NCBI GenBank assembly: GCA_033855515.1
Contig: JAWVGD010000087.1
Coordinates: forward strand, 1-35,605
Source of the DNA: Baekduia sp.
Lineage (GTDB): Bacteria > Actinomycetota > Thermoleophilia > Solirubrobacterales > Solirubrobacteraceae
Length of the DNA stretch: 35,605 nt
Direction: 5' to 3'
A model generated the notes under the pieces. The model was not told where the DNA came from, made no database searches, and worked only from the letters and a program-made list of their open reading frames with translations. Each line of letters opens with the position of its first letter. Positions within the stretch are counted from its first letter, which is position 1. The position numbers were made by a program, and so were the translations under genes. This document shows positions 24,423 through 33,701 of the stretch, in pieces.

Positions 24423-26069
24423 TCACGCGCCTCCCAGGTGGTTGGCCCACGGGCCGCCCATGTAGACGAACGACGCGGGCGCGCCGGTCAGCGCCTTGCC
24501 GGTGATGAGCACCGTGTTCGTCGCCGCCATCGGGATCCACGGCAGCTGCTCGGCGATGCGGTCGCCGGCCTGGGCGACGAGCTTGGCGCGCGCCGCCGGG
24601 TCGGCGGTGCTGCGCGCCTGCTCGAGCGCCGTGGTGGTCTGCGGGTCGGAGTAGCCGTCGTAGTTCTGGCTGCCGCCGGGCAGCGCGAACGTCTGGTAGA
24701 AGGCGGCCGGGTCGGCGTAGTCGGGGTAGTTGACGGTCGGGAAGCCGTCGATGCCCTCCCGCGCCTTGGGATCGGTGAAGAAGTTGATGAAGTTCTGCGC
24801 CGAGACGGCCTTGAACTTCACCTTGAGGCCGATGCTCTGGCCGGCCGCGCGGATCGCGTTGGCCGACGAGTTGAGGTTGACGACCTCGCTGGTCATCCCG
24901 AGCGTGATCGTCTTGCCGTCGGCGCCGGCCTGCTGGACCAGGTCCTTGGCCTTGGCGAGGTCGAGCGCGAGGTCGGGGTGCGCGTCCCAGTCGGCCTGGA
25001 AGACGTCCTTGGCGTAGCCCCACGTGCCGGGGTTGGCGAGGTTGCGCGGCATGAGCGCGGCGCCGTGGTAGACGCTCGAGATGTAGGACTTGCGGTCGAT
25101 CGCGGCCGACAGCGCCTGGCGGACGCGGACGTCGCCGAGGGCGCCCTTGAGGTTGGAGATGACGATCGCGTCCATCGCGAACGACGGGCCCTCGCTGACC
25201 GTCAGCTTCGGGTTGGTCTTGAGCTGGTCGATCGTGCCCAGCGCCAGCGGGTAGGAGCCGTCGATGCCGCCGGTCAGCAGGCCGGAGGTGAGGCTGGCCT
25301 CGTCGGGCACGCCCCGGAAGGTGATCTCGGCGACCTTGGCCTTGTTGGCCGTGTCCCAGTAGTTGTCGTTGCGCTCGACGGTGAGCGCGGAGCCGGCCTT
25401 CCACTGCTTGACCTTGTAGGGCCCGGTGCACATCGTGCCGCCCTGCGGCGTGCCGAACTTGCGGCCCTTGGCCTGGACGAACGCCTTCTCGGTGACGATG
25501 CCGGGCATCTGCGACAGCTCGCCGTCGAGCCAGTAGTCCGGCTTGCTCAGCTTGATCGTGACCTCGGCGGGGCCGGTGGCCGAGATCGAGGCGACGCGGG
25601 CGAAGACGGTGGAGTAGAAGCCGCCGCCCTTGGGGTCGGCGGCGCGCTTGAGCCCGTAGACGACGTCGGCGGGGGTGACCGGGTGGCCGTTCCAGAACGT
25701 CACGCCCGGGCGCAGCGTCAGCACGAGCGTCTTGGCGTCGGGGTGCTCGTACTTCGCGGCGACGCCCGGGGCCAGCGTGCCGTCGGGCATCTGGCGGATG
25801 AGCGAGTCGCAGAGCGCGGTGTCGACGGTGTCCTCGGGGTAGTCGAAGGCCTGGATCGGGTCGAGCGTGCCGACCTCGCGATAGGTGGCCCACGTGGCCT
25901 TGGCGACGTCTGCCTTGGCGGCCGGCGTGTTGGGGTTCAACGCCGTCGCCGCGGTCTGCGCGGGCGCCGTGCTGGCGGTGGACGCGCCGGGCGCTGCCTT
26001 GCCGCAGCCGGCGGCGGCGGAGGCCGCCAGCGCCGCGGCGCAGGCCGCCGCGATGTGAGCTCGCTTCAT
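24423..26069 (-). CDS. ABC substrate-binding lipoprotein (family 5)
   Basis: Signal peptide with lipobox AAAGC; TLDP, LRPGVTFWNGHPVTPADV, CTGPYKV, ERNDNYW, DVRVRQALSAAIDR. Confidence 0.94.
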   Translation of the reverse strand: MKRAHIAAACAAALAASAAAGCGKAAPGASTASTAPAQTAATALNPNTPAAKADVAKATWATYREVGTLDPIQAFDYPEDTVDTALCDSLIRQMPDGTLAPGVAAKYEHPDAKTLVLTLRPGVTFWNGHPVTPADVVYGLKRAADPKGGGFYSTVFARVASISATGPAEVTIKLSKPDYWLDGELSQMPGIVTEKAFVQAKGRKFGTPQGGTMCTGPYKVKQWKAGSALTVERNDNYWDTANKAKVAEITFRGVPDEASLTSGLLTGGIDGSYPLALGTIDQLKTNPKLTVSEGPSFAMDAIVISNLKGALGDVRVRQALSAAIDRKSYISSVYHGAALMPRNLANPGTWGYAKDVFQADWDAHPDLALDLAKAKDLVQQAGADGKTITLGMTSEVVNLNSSANAIRAAGQSIGLKVKFKAVSAQNFINFFTDPKAREGIDGFPTVNYPDYADPAAFYQTFALPGGSQNYDGYSDPQTTTALEQARSTADPAARAKLVAQAGDRIAEQLPWIPMAATNTVLITGKALTGAPASFVYMGGPWANHLGGA

Positions 26070-26785
26070 GGGGTTGATGCTCCGTCGTCGTGTGTGGGAT
26101 GACCCGGGTCGCCGGTGAGCGCGAGGCGCTCGACGGCGTCGAGGATCACGTCGCTGCCGAGGTCGAAGGCGTCGTCGAGATCGGGAAAGAGATGAGGCGC
26201 GGCGGCGACCGCGTGCGGATACTCGTCGGCCGGCAGCAGCGCATAGACGCGGCGCATCGCCTCGGCGTCGAGCAGGCGAGGGTCGTCGCCGTGCTCGATG
26301 AGCGCGTAGTAGAGGCCGACGCCCACGATGTGGTTCTCGATGAGCTGGAACATCCGCGCGGCGTCGCGTGGTGAGAGGCCCATCTCGGCCAGCAGCCCGA
26401 GCATGCGGTCGGCGATGCGCTGCAGGCTCGGCGTGTCGTCCGGCTGGACGGCGAGCAGCATCGCCAGGTCGGGATGCGCCCGGTACCGGTACATCGCGTA
26501 GCGCAGCTCGGCCCGCAGCATGTCGCGGCGGCTGAGGCCCGGATCCAGGTCGGGCCCGATGCCGAAGAGGCGGTCGGCGAGCTCGACGAGCAACTCGTGC
26601 TTGTTGCGGAAGTGGCGGTAGACGGCGGTGGGGTCGGCGCCGAGCTCCGCGCCGATGCGACGCATCGTCAGCTTCCCGATGCCCTCCTTGGCGACGATCG
26701 CCTGCGCGGCGTCGAGGATGAGCTCGCGGTCCAGGCGCGGCCGAGCGCCGTCGCCCGAGGCCGCAGCGGTGGGGTCCTCACCCAT
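26066..26785 (-). CDS. TetR-family regulator (TetR_C-like C-terminus)
   Basis: Start at MGEDPT; LDRELILDAA...GIGKLTMRRIGAELGADPTAVYRHFRNKHELL. First gene of the operon, with an ATGA overlap into the binding-protein gene. Confidence 0.92.
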   Translation of the reverse strand: MGEDPTAAASGDGARPRLDRELILDAAQAIVAKEGIGKLTMRRIGAELGADPTAVYRHFRNKHELLVELADRLFGIGPDLDPGLSRRDMLRAELRYAMYRYRAHPDLAMLLAVQPDDTPSLQRIADRMLGLLAEMGLSPRDAARMFQLIENHIVGVGLYYALIEHGDDPRLLDAEAMRRVYALLPADEYPHAVAAAPHLFPDLDDAFDLGSDVILDAVERLALTGDPGHPTHDDGASTP

Positions 26786-26793
26786 GTCGCGGC

Positions 26794-26846
26794 ACCGTAC
26801 GCCTGTGTCAACACTCATGTCAACAGCGTTGACAGCAATGTGGACA
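26794..26846 (-). promoter_or_regulatory. Operon promoter TTGACA-N18-TACGGT overlapped by a four-half-site operator
   Basis: TGTCAAC-N5-TGTCAAC-N3-GTTGACA-N5-GTGGACA (26806-26846). On the minus strand, -35 is at 26818-26823 and -10 at 26794-26799, with ATG 8 nt downstream. Confidence 0.8.
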
Positions 26847-26910
26847 GCGCGTCGGTCGGCCGGCCCGAGGCATTGGACCGAGTGGCCATGGCGGTGTACG
26901 GTCGGCGGCC

Positions 26911-27651
26911 ATGTCGCCCACTGACGCCTTGCGGTTCGGCGCCGCGCTCGTGCTGCCGTGGCCCGCGGTGCCGCTGCGCGTCGCGCGTGAGTGGTCCTCC
27001 ACGCAGCGGGCGGGACGGCGGCCGGCGCCTCCGGCGGGCCATGGGCGGCCCGTGCTGCTGGTACCGGGTTTCCTGGCGGGTGACGCCTCGCTGGCACGCC
27101 TCGGCGGCTGGTTGCGCAGCGGCGGCTGGCGCGCGTACCGCAGCGGGATCCCGCTGAACGTGGACTGCGCCGAGCCGCTGGTCACGGCGCTCGAGACCCG
27201 GGCGCAGAGCGTCGTCGCCCGCGCCGGCGGCCAGCGGCTGACGCTGATCGGCCAGAGCCGCGGTGGCTCGCTGAGCCGCGCCGTCGCGGTGCGGCGCCCG
27301 GACCTGATCGAGACGCTGGTGACGCTCGGCTCGCCCGTGCGCGACCAGCTGGGAGTGCATCCGCGCACGCGGCTGGCGGTCACCGCGGTGGGCCTGCTGG
27401 GCAGCGCCGGGATCCCCGGGCTCTTCACCCGCGGCTGCGCCGACGGCCCGTGCTGCGCGCGCGCCCGTGCCGATGTCCTCGGGCCGTTTCCCGCCGGCGT
27501 CCGCTACCTGGCGGTGTACTCGCCATGCGACGAGGTCGTCCGCGCCGACTCCTGCCTGGATCCGGCGGCGGAGCAGATCGCGGTGACGACCTCGCACGTG
27601 GGCATGGGGCTCGACGCGCGGGTGTGGCGCGAGCTCGCAGCGCGGCTCTGA
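26911..27651 (+). CDS. Alpha/beta hydrolase (lipase/esterase-like)
   Basis: PVLLVPGF oxyanion strand, GQSRGG nucleophile elbow, VTLGSP, YSPCDEVV, SHVGM. Confidence 0.88.
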   Translation: MSPTDALRFGAALVLPWPAVPLRVAREWSSTQRAGRRPAPPAGHGRPVLLVPGFLAGDASLARLGGWLRSGGWRAYRSGIPLNVDCAEPLVTALETRAQSVVARAGGQRLTLIGQSRGGSLSRAVAVRRPDLIETLVTLGSPVRDQLGVHPRTRLAVTAVGLLGSAGIPGLFTRGCADGPCCARARADVLGPFPAGVRYLAVYSPCDEVVRADSCLDPAAEQIAVTTSHVGMGLDARVWRELAARL

Positions 27652-27675
27652 CGCAGGACGCGACCGCCAGGCGCC

Positions 27676-28245
27676 TCAGGCGCCCGCCCCCAGCCCGTCG
27701 GCGACGCAGCCCGGCTTGCCGAAACCACTCTTGTTGGTGGCGTACTCCCAGTAGAAGATGTGGTTCTTGTACTGGTTGTATTGGGCGACGCGCGCGCCGG
27801 AGGCGAGCGTCGCGCGCAGGTCGTTGGCGCCGACGTTGCCGTAGAGCTTGAGGCCGGCGCACGTCACGTGGCCGGGGGCGGCGTCGCTGCCGCCGTGGCC
27901 GCCGCGGTGGCGGTAGGCGGCGGTCACCTTGATGGACTTGGTCAGCCGGGTGCCGTCCTGCAGCTTGAGCGTGAGCTTCGTCGTGCCTACGGCCGACGGC
28001 GCGCCGTTGACCGAGGGGCTGCACGCGGGGCGCTCGATCGGCGCGGGATCCCAGCAGATCTCGGTGACCTTGCTGGTCGTGTGCCCGCTGGTGCGGACGT
28101 CGAGCACCTGCCCGACGTGGGCGCCGGTGCCGCCGAAGATCGCGTGGACCTTGACCTGGGGAGTGGTCGCGGCGGCGTTCGCGAGACCTGCGAAGGCCAG
28201 CGTCGCGGCGGCGGCGAGGGGGAGGAGGGAGAGTCGGGCGGTCAT
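27676..28245 (-). CDS. Secreted hypothetical protein (189 aa)
   Basis: GGAGGAG RBS; signal peptide MTARLSLLPLAAAATLAFAGLANA; coding-like codon usage; four Cys. Confidence 0.8.
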   Translation of the reverse strand: MTARLSLLPLAAAATLAFAGLANAAATTPQVKVHAIFGGTGAHVGQVLDVRTSGHTTSKVTEICWDPAPIERPACSPSVNGAPSAVGTTKLTLKLQDGTRLTKSIKVTAAYRHRGGHGGSDAAPGHVTCAGLKLYGNVGANDLRATLASGARVAQYNQYKNHIFYWEYATNKSGFGKPGCVADGLGAGA

Positions 28246-28312
28246 GCTCCTCCAACGGGTTGCGCGCGAGAAGGTGACGTGTCTGGCGCCGGCGCCATCA
28301 TCCTGGGGGGAC

Positions 28313-28774
28313 ATGGCCGCGCTGCGCTGCCTCATCGATGCGATGGTCTTCGACGAGATCGTCGCCGAGCCGGACATGACGGCGACCGTCGACCGCCTGA
28401 CGTCGGCCCGCCGGCTGGAGCTGCTGGCGGCCGCCGTCGCGATCGAGCAGATCGCCGCGACGCCGGAGGTGGCGCACCGCAAGGCGCTGCAGCGCGTACG
28501 CGTCCTGGTCGCCCCGCCGCCGGATCCCGACGACGCGCCGACCTCGGTGCTGCTGGCCGTGCTCGCGGCCAGCAGCGGGGTGGGGTTCGACGACGCGCTC
28601 ATCGCCACGACCGCCGCGCTGCAGCAGGTGCCGCTGGTGACCGAGGACCGCGCGCTGCGTGAGGCCGTCGGCCGCGAGCTGCCGAGCATGCCGCTGTGGC
28701 GCTGGTCGGCGGACCTGCGGCCACGGATCCTGGCGCTCGCCGCGGAGCGCCCGGTGCCTCCGCGCTATCGCTGA
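28313..28774 (+). CDS. PIN-domain (VapC-like) protein
   Basis: CLIDAMVF (first Asp), AIEQI (Glu), FDDALIATTA, PLVTEDRAL: the PIN acidic-residue pattern. Confidence 0.78.
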   Translation: MAALRCLIDAMVFDEIVAEPDMTATVDRLTSARRLELLAAAVAIEQIAATPEVAHRKALQRVRVLVAPPPDPDDAPTSVLLAVLAASSGVGFDDALIATTAALQQVPLVTEDRALREAVGRELPSMPLWRWSADLRPRILALAAERPVPPRYR

Positions 28775-30030
28775 GCGGCGGCCGGCCGGGCGCTGCCGGC
28801 GCCGCGACCCCCGTGGCGCGCCAGCGCGAGCGACCGCGCGAAGACCGCCAACCCCCTGAGCGACAACCCCACGCCGACCCACATCGGCGCCGCCAGCCCC
28901 CAGCCGGCGGCGAGCACCAGGCCGCCGAGCCACGCCCCGAGCGCGTTGGCCATGTTGAAGGCCGAATGGTTCAGCGCCGCGCCGAGCGCCTGCGCATCGC
29001 CCGCGACGTCCATGAGCCGGATCTGCAGGCCCGTGGGCAGGATGAGGCTCATCCCGAGCAGGAAGACCGTCGGGATCGCGGTGACCGGCCGCCCCGAGGT
29101 CAGCGCGAAGAGCGCGAAGATGGACGCCATGAGCACGAACGTGCCGAGCATGACCGGGATCGGGCGCCAGTCCATCAGCCGGCCGCCCACCAGGTTGCCC
29201 ACGACCATCCCCAGTCCCCAGACGGCCAGCACGACCGGGACGGCGCTGAGCGCGAGGCCGGTCCGGTCGGTGAGGATCGGCGAGATGTAGGAGTAGACGG
29301 CGAACATGCCGCCGCCGCCGACGGCGCCCGTGGCGATCGCCAGCCAGACCTGCGGGCGGCGCAGGGCGGTGAGCTCGCGGCGCAGCGTGGCGTCGTGGTC
29401 GGCCGGCGACCACGGGACCACGCGCAGGACGCTCATCGCCGTGGCGGCGGCGAGGACCGCGGAGGCCGCGAACGCGGCGCGCCAGCCGAACGTCTGGCCG
29501 AGCCACGTCGCGGCGGGCACGCCGACGACGTTGGCGACGCTCAACCCGAGCAGCACGCGCGAGATCGCGCGCGCCTTGCGCTCCGGCCCCGCCAGATCGG
29601 CCGCCACGAGCGAGGCCACCCCGAAGTACGCCCCGTGCGGGAGCCCGGCGAGGAAGCGGGCCGCGACGAGCAGCGGATACGAAGGCGCCACCGCGCTCAG
29701 GACGTTGCCCGCGGCGAAGGCCACCATCAACGCGACCAGCAGCGTCCGCCGCGGAAACCGTGCCCCGAGGCCCGCGAGCACCGGTGCGCCGACGACGACG
29801 CCGAGCGCGTAGGCGCTCACCACATGGCCCGCCGTCGGGATCGAGATGTGCACCCCGCCGGCGATCTGCGGCAGCAGGCCCATCGCGACGAACTCGGTGG
29901 TCCCGATCGCGAAGCCGCCCAACGCCAGGGCGGCGACGGCCAGCCCGAGTCGCGGGCCGCGGGCGGCAGACGACGACCCCTGTGAGGGGGCCGTGGGACG
30001 GGACGGGGCGCGCGTGAGCGTGTCTGGCAC
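28765..30030 (-). CDS. MFS transporter (DHA1/AraJ-like)
   Basis: LGGFAIGTTEFVAMGLLP, AYALGVVVGAP, ARFLAGLPHGAYFG, LNHSAFNMANALGAWLGG; about 12 TM segments. Confidence 0.93.
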   Translation of the reverse strand: MPDTLTRAPSRPTAPSQGSSSAARGPRLGLAVAALALGGFAIGTTEFVAMGLLPQIAGGVHISIPTAGHVVSAYALGVVVGAPVLAGLGARFPRRTLLVALMVAFAAGNVLSAVAPSYPLLVAARFLAGLPHGAYFGVASLVAADLAGPERKARAISRVLLGLSVANVVGVPAATWLGQTFGWRAAFAASAVLAAATAMSVLRVVPWSPADHDATLRRELTALRRPQVWLAIATGAVGGGGMFAVYSYISPILTDRTGLALSAVPVVLAVWGLGMVVGNLVGGRLMDWRPIPVMLGTFVLMASIFALFALTSGRPVTAIPTVFLLGMSLILPTGLQIRLMDVAGDAQALGAALNHSAFNMANALGAWLGGLVLAAGWGLAAPMWVGVGLSLRGLAVFARSLALARHGGRGAGSARPAAAQR

Positions 30031-30108
30031 TCCCTACGGGATAGCGGACGACGCGGGCCGGGCATGCGATCCGCCCGTGAACGACCGCCCGTCTCGGGGG
30101 GTCGGTGG

Positions 30109-30705
30109 TCAGCGCGGGGCCGGCGGCTCGTCCGGCGCCCACGCCGCGAGCCCGTCGATGCTCGTGCGGTTCTTGGCGGTCTTGTAGTCGTCGATCGCGG
30201 TCGGGCCGCCCTTGGCCAGCTTGCCCTTGGCCCACTTGGCGGCGTTGGGCCGCTCGCCGACGAGATCCATCCGCGGCACGCCGAAGCCGCAGGCGTCGGC
30301 GACGCGGGTGACCTCCACGCGGACGATCGCGCGGCGCGTCTCGGGCACCTCGGGCTCCTCGAAGGCCATGGTGGCCAGCAGCTCGCCGAACTCGGGGGCC
30401 TCGGCCCAGACGACGCGTCCGCGGCCGTGCAACCGCACGATTCGCGGCGGCCCGGAGAAGGCGCACAGCATCACGACGATCCGGCCGTTCTCCTGCAGGT
30501 GCGCGGCGGTCTCGGCGCCGCTGCCCACCACGTCGAGGTAGGCGACCTCGGTGCGCGACAGCACCCGCAGCGTTCCGATCGGCCCCTTCGGGGAGACGTT
30601 GACGTGGCCCTCGTCGTCCAACGGCGCGGTGCCGACGAAGAACATCGGCTGTGCGGCGATCCAGCGCGCCAGCGCCTCGTCGATGTCGGGGTAGATCCGG
30701 CCCAC
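30109..30705 (-). CDS. Pyridoxamine 5'-phosphate oxidase-family FMN-binding protein
   Basis: GTG start (MGRIYPDID); MFFVGTAP, HVNVSPKG, YLDVVGSGAETAAHLQENGRIVVMLCAFSGPPRIVRLHG, ACGFGVP. Confidence 0.88.
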   Translation of the reverse strand: MGRIYPDIDEALARWIAAQPMFFVGTAPLDDEGHVNVSPKGPIGTLRVLSRTEVAYLDVVGSGAETAAHLQENGRIVVMLCAFSGPPRIVRLHGRGRVVWAEAPEFGELLATMAFEEPEVPETRRAIVRVEVTRVADACGFGVPRMDLVGERPNAAKWAKGKLAKGGPTAIDDYKTAKNRTSIDGLAAWAPDEPPAPR

Positions 30706-30809
30706 GTCCCGACCATAGCGGCGCACCGCTAGCCTCTCGGGTCGAGTCCGGACGCAGTGGCACTGGGCTGGCGCAGCATCCAACCCAGAGACGAGAGGCA
30801 CGCACGACC

Positions 30810-32561
30810 ATGACCCCGGAAGAATCCGGCGAGGCGATCAGCTTCGCCGACCTCGCCCTTGCCCCCGAGCTGGTGGCTGCCCTGACGGCTCTGGGCTACG
30901 AGGAGCCCACGCCGATCCAGCGCGAGGCGATCCCGCCGCTGCTCGACGGCCGCGACCTCCTCGGCCAGGCCGCGACCGGCACGGGCAAGACCGCCGCGTT
31001 CGCGCTGCCGCTGCTGGAGCGCCTGCAGCGCTCGGGCGACACGGGCGGCAAGCATGCTTCGGCGCTCGTGCTCGTCCCGACGCGCGAGCTGGCCACGCAG
31101 GTCTCCGAGGCCATCCACAAGTACGGCCGCCAGATGGGCGTGCGGGTGCTGCCGATCTACGGCGGCCAGCCCATCGTCCGCCAGCTCAAGGAGCTCGAGC
31201 GCGGGGTGGACGTCGTCGTCGCCACGCCCGGGCGCGCGCTGGACCACATCGGTCGCAGGACGCTCAACACGCAGCTGCTGAAGACCGTCATCCTCGACGA
31301 GGCCGACGAGATGCTCGACATGGGCTTCGCCGAGGACATCGAGACGATCCTCAGCGACACGAACCCCGAGCGCCAGACGATCCTGTTCTCGGCCACGATG
31401 CCGTCGCGGATCAACAAGATGGTCAACCGCCACCTGCGCGACCCGATCCGCATCCAGATCGGCCGCGCGACGACGTCCGACGGCGACGCGCCGCTGGTCC
31501 GCCAGGTCGCCTACATCGTCCCCCGCGCCCACAAGCCGGCGGCGCTGGGCCGGATCCTCGACCTCGAGGCGCCGGCCGCGGCCATCGTCTTCTGCCGCAC
31601 GCGCGCCGAGGTGGACAGCCTCACCGAGACGCTCAACGGCCGCGGCTACCGCGCCGAGGCGTTGCACGGGGGCATGACCCAGGAGCAGCGCTCGCGCGTC
31701 GTCGGCCGCCTGAAGGCCGGGACGACCGAGCTGCTCGTCGCCACGGACGTCGCCGCCCGCGGCCTGGACGTCGACTCGCTCACTCACGTGGTCAACTACG
31801 ACGTGCCGGCGGCGCCGGAGGCCTACGTCCACCGCATCGGGCGCGTCGGGCGCGCGGGCCGCGAGGGCGTCGCGATCACGCTCGCCCAGCCGCGCGAGCA
31901 CCGGATGCTCAAGACGATCGAGCGGATCACGCGCGCGCGGATCGCGGTCGAGAAGGTCCCGACGATCGCCGATCTGCGGACCCGGCGCCTGGAGCTGACG
32001 CGGGCGGCGCTGGCCGAGAGCCTGACCGACGGCGACGACCTCGAGAGCTTCCGCGCCGTCGTCGACTCGCTGTCGGAGGAGCACGACCTCGTCGAGATCG
32101 CGCTGGCCGCGATCAAGCTCGCCCACGAGGCGGGCGGCACGTCCAGCGACGAGGACGAGATCCCGCAGATGGCGCCGCCGCCCGAGCGTGACGCCCGCGG
32201 CGCGAGCGGCGCCCCCGGCGGCGCCCGTCGCGGTGAGCGACCGGGCGGTCGCGACGGTCGCGGCGGCCCCGGGCCGCGCGCGCCGCGAGAGCCCGGCGCC
32301 GGCATGACGCGCCTCTTCTTCGGCGCCGGCCGGACCGCCGGGATCCGGCCGCAGGATCTCGTCGGCGCGATCGCCAACGAAGCGGGGCTCAGCGGGCGAG
32401 ACATCGGCGCGATCGAGATCGCCGACCGGTTCTCGCTCGTCGAGGTGCCCGAGGACTCGGCCGACCAGGTCGTCTCGATCCTGCGCACGCGCACGATCAA
32501 GGGCAAGAAGACGACGGTGCGGCGCGAGCGCTTCAGCCCGGGCGCCAAGCGGCGCTCGTAG
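30810..32561 (+). CDS. deaD: DEAD-box RNA helicase, DeaD/CsdA-like, with C-terminal DbpA-type RNA-binding domain
   Basis: [52 protein letters not shown]; C-terminal [14 protein letters not shown]...IGAIEI...FSLVEV. Confidence 0.93.
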   Translation: MTPEESGEAISFADLALAPELVAALTALGYEEPTPIQREAIPPLLDGRDLLGQAATGTGKTAAFALPLLERLQRSGDTGGKHASALVLVPTRELATQVSEAIHKYGRQMGVRVLPIYGGQPIVRQLKELERGVDVVVATPGRALDHIGRRTLNTQLLKTVILDEADEMLDMGFAEDIETILSDTNPERQTILFSATMPSRINKMVNRHLRDPIRIQIGRATTSDGDAPLVRQVAYIVPRAHKPAALGRILDLEAPAAAIVFCRTRAEVDSLTETLNGRGYRAEALHGGMTQEQRSRVVGRLKAGTTELLVATDVAARGLDVDSLTHVVNYDVPAAPEAYVHRIGRVGRAGREGVAITLAQPREHRMLKTIERITRARIAVEKVPTIADLRTRRLELTRAALAESLTDGDDLESFRAVVDSLSEEHDLVEIALAAIKLAHEAGGTSSDEDEIPQMAPPPERDARGASGAPGGARRGERPGGRDGRGGPGPRAPREPGAGMTRLFFGAGRTAGIRPQDLVGAIANEAGLSGRDIGAIEIADRFSLVEVPEDSADQVVSILRTRTIKGKKTTVRRERFSPGAKRRS

Positions 32562-32628
32562 CGCACGGGGCCCCGCTATACGCCTGGGTGGGCTGGGCAG
32601 CTTTGCGGAGCGATCAGCGCACGCTAGG

Positions 32629-33144
32629 TTGTCGACCATCAGTCAGCAACGCGCAGGAAGCAAGACGGACGCCCGCTACAGCGAGGTCCGCGACCGGCGA
32701 CGGATCGCCGTCCCGCCGCGCGAGGTCTGGCGCCTCCTGGGCGAGATCGAGCGGTATCCGCAGTGGTGCGCGGTCACCGCGTCGGTGAGCGATGTGGAGC
32801 GCTCTGCAGGACTCGGGACAGCCTACGAGGCCCGGACCCGTCTCGGCTTGGTCACGATCCGGGCGCGCTGGCGGATCGTCGAGTGGCAGCCGCCCGTGCG
32901 CCAGCTGCACCGCAGCGAGGGCGGCGGCATGCCGGCGGCGCTCGAGCGCCGGCTGGAGGTCGTCTCCGACGGCGAGGGCGGCGCCGTCGTCACGATGGCG
33001 TTCCGCTACCGGCCGCGCCTCGGCGTGCTGGGGCGCCTCGTGGACCGCCTGGTCCTCCGCGGCGCGCTGCAGCGCCGGATCCCCGCCTCGCTCGAGCAGG
33101 TCGAGTCGCTGCTGTGCCGCCCGGGTCCGACCGCCGTCCCGTAG
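32629..33144 (+). CDS. SRPBCC/polyketide cyclase-like protein
   Basis: RIAVPPREVWRLLGEIERYPQW...GLGTAY...WRIVEWQPP...GVLGRLVDRL; start uncertain. Confidence 0.8.
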   Translation: MSTISQQRAGSKTDARYSEVRDRRRIAVPPREVWRLLGEIERYPQWCAVTASVSDVERSAGLGTAYEARTRLGLVTIRARWRIVEWQPPVRQLHRSEGGGMPAALERRLEVVSDGEGGAVVTMAFRYRPRLGVLGRLVDRLVLRGALQRRIPASLEQVESLLCRPGPTAVP

Positions 33145-33263
33145 CGGTCCGCGCTGCCCGGGCGGGCACCGCGCGCCAGGTCCGGCGCTTCACGCGTGGT
33201 CGGCGCGGTCGGCGGGCAGGCTGGGACGCGAGAGACCTGTGGATCACGATCGAGGAGGACGGC

Positions 33264-33689
33264 ATGCCGTCGAAGGGCACCGCGCAGTGGCAGGGCGACC
33301 TGAAGAGCGGGAGCGGGACGTTCAAGGCCGGTGACACGATCACCGGCGACTACTCCTACAAGTCGCGGTTCGAGGACGGTCCGGGCGCCAACCCCGAGCA
33401 GCTCATCGGCGCCGCGCACGCGGCCTGCTTCTCGATGGCGCTGTCCAACGCGCTCGCCGAAGCGGGGAACCCGCCGGACTCCGTGGACACCGAGGCCGTC
33501 GTGACGCTGCGGATCGTCGACGGGGCTCCCACGATCACCAAGATCGCCCTCACGACGGTCGGCCGGGTGCCGGGCATCGACGAGGCGGCGTTCGTCGAGC
33601 AGGCCGAGGGGGCCAAGAAGGGCTGTCCGGTCAGCAGGGCGCTGGCCGGCGTCCCCGAGGTCACGCTCGACGCGTCGCTGGCGAGCTGA
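33264..33689 (+). CDS. osmC: OsmC-family peroxiredoxin
   Basis: GAGGAGG RBS; AQWQGDLKSGSG, YSYKSRFEDGPGANPEQLIGAAHAACFSMAL, AKKGCPVSRAL. Confidence 0.93.
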   Translation: MPSKGTAQWQGDLKSGSGTFKAGDTITGDYSYKSRFEDGPGANPEQLIGAAHAACFSMALSNALAEAGNPPDSVDTEAVVTLRIVDGAPTITKIALTTVGRVPGIDEAAFVEQAEGAKKGCPVSRALAGVPEVTLDASLAS

Positions 33690-33701
33690 CCCTCAGCGGG
33701 C

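Noticed and set aside
326-32639. Many long antisense or alternate-frame ORFs (e.g. 326..1567-, 3735..5636+, 5645..7735+, 11342..13177+, 14193..16694+, 24231..26102+, 28298..30811-, 30729..32639-)
   Set aside because: They are shadow ORFs expected at very high GC: Arg/Gly/Pro-rich or mirror-frame sequence, no family motifs, and overlapping well-supported genes.
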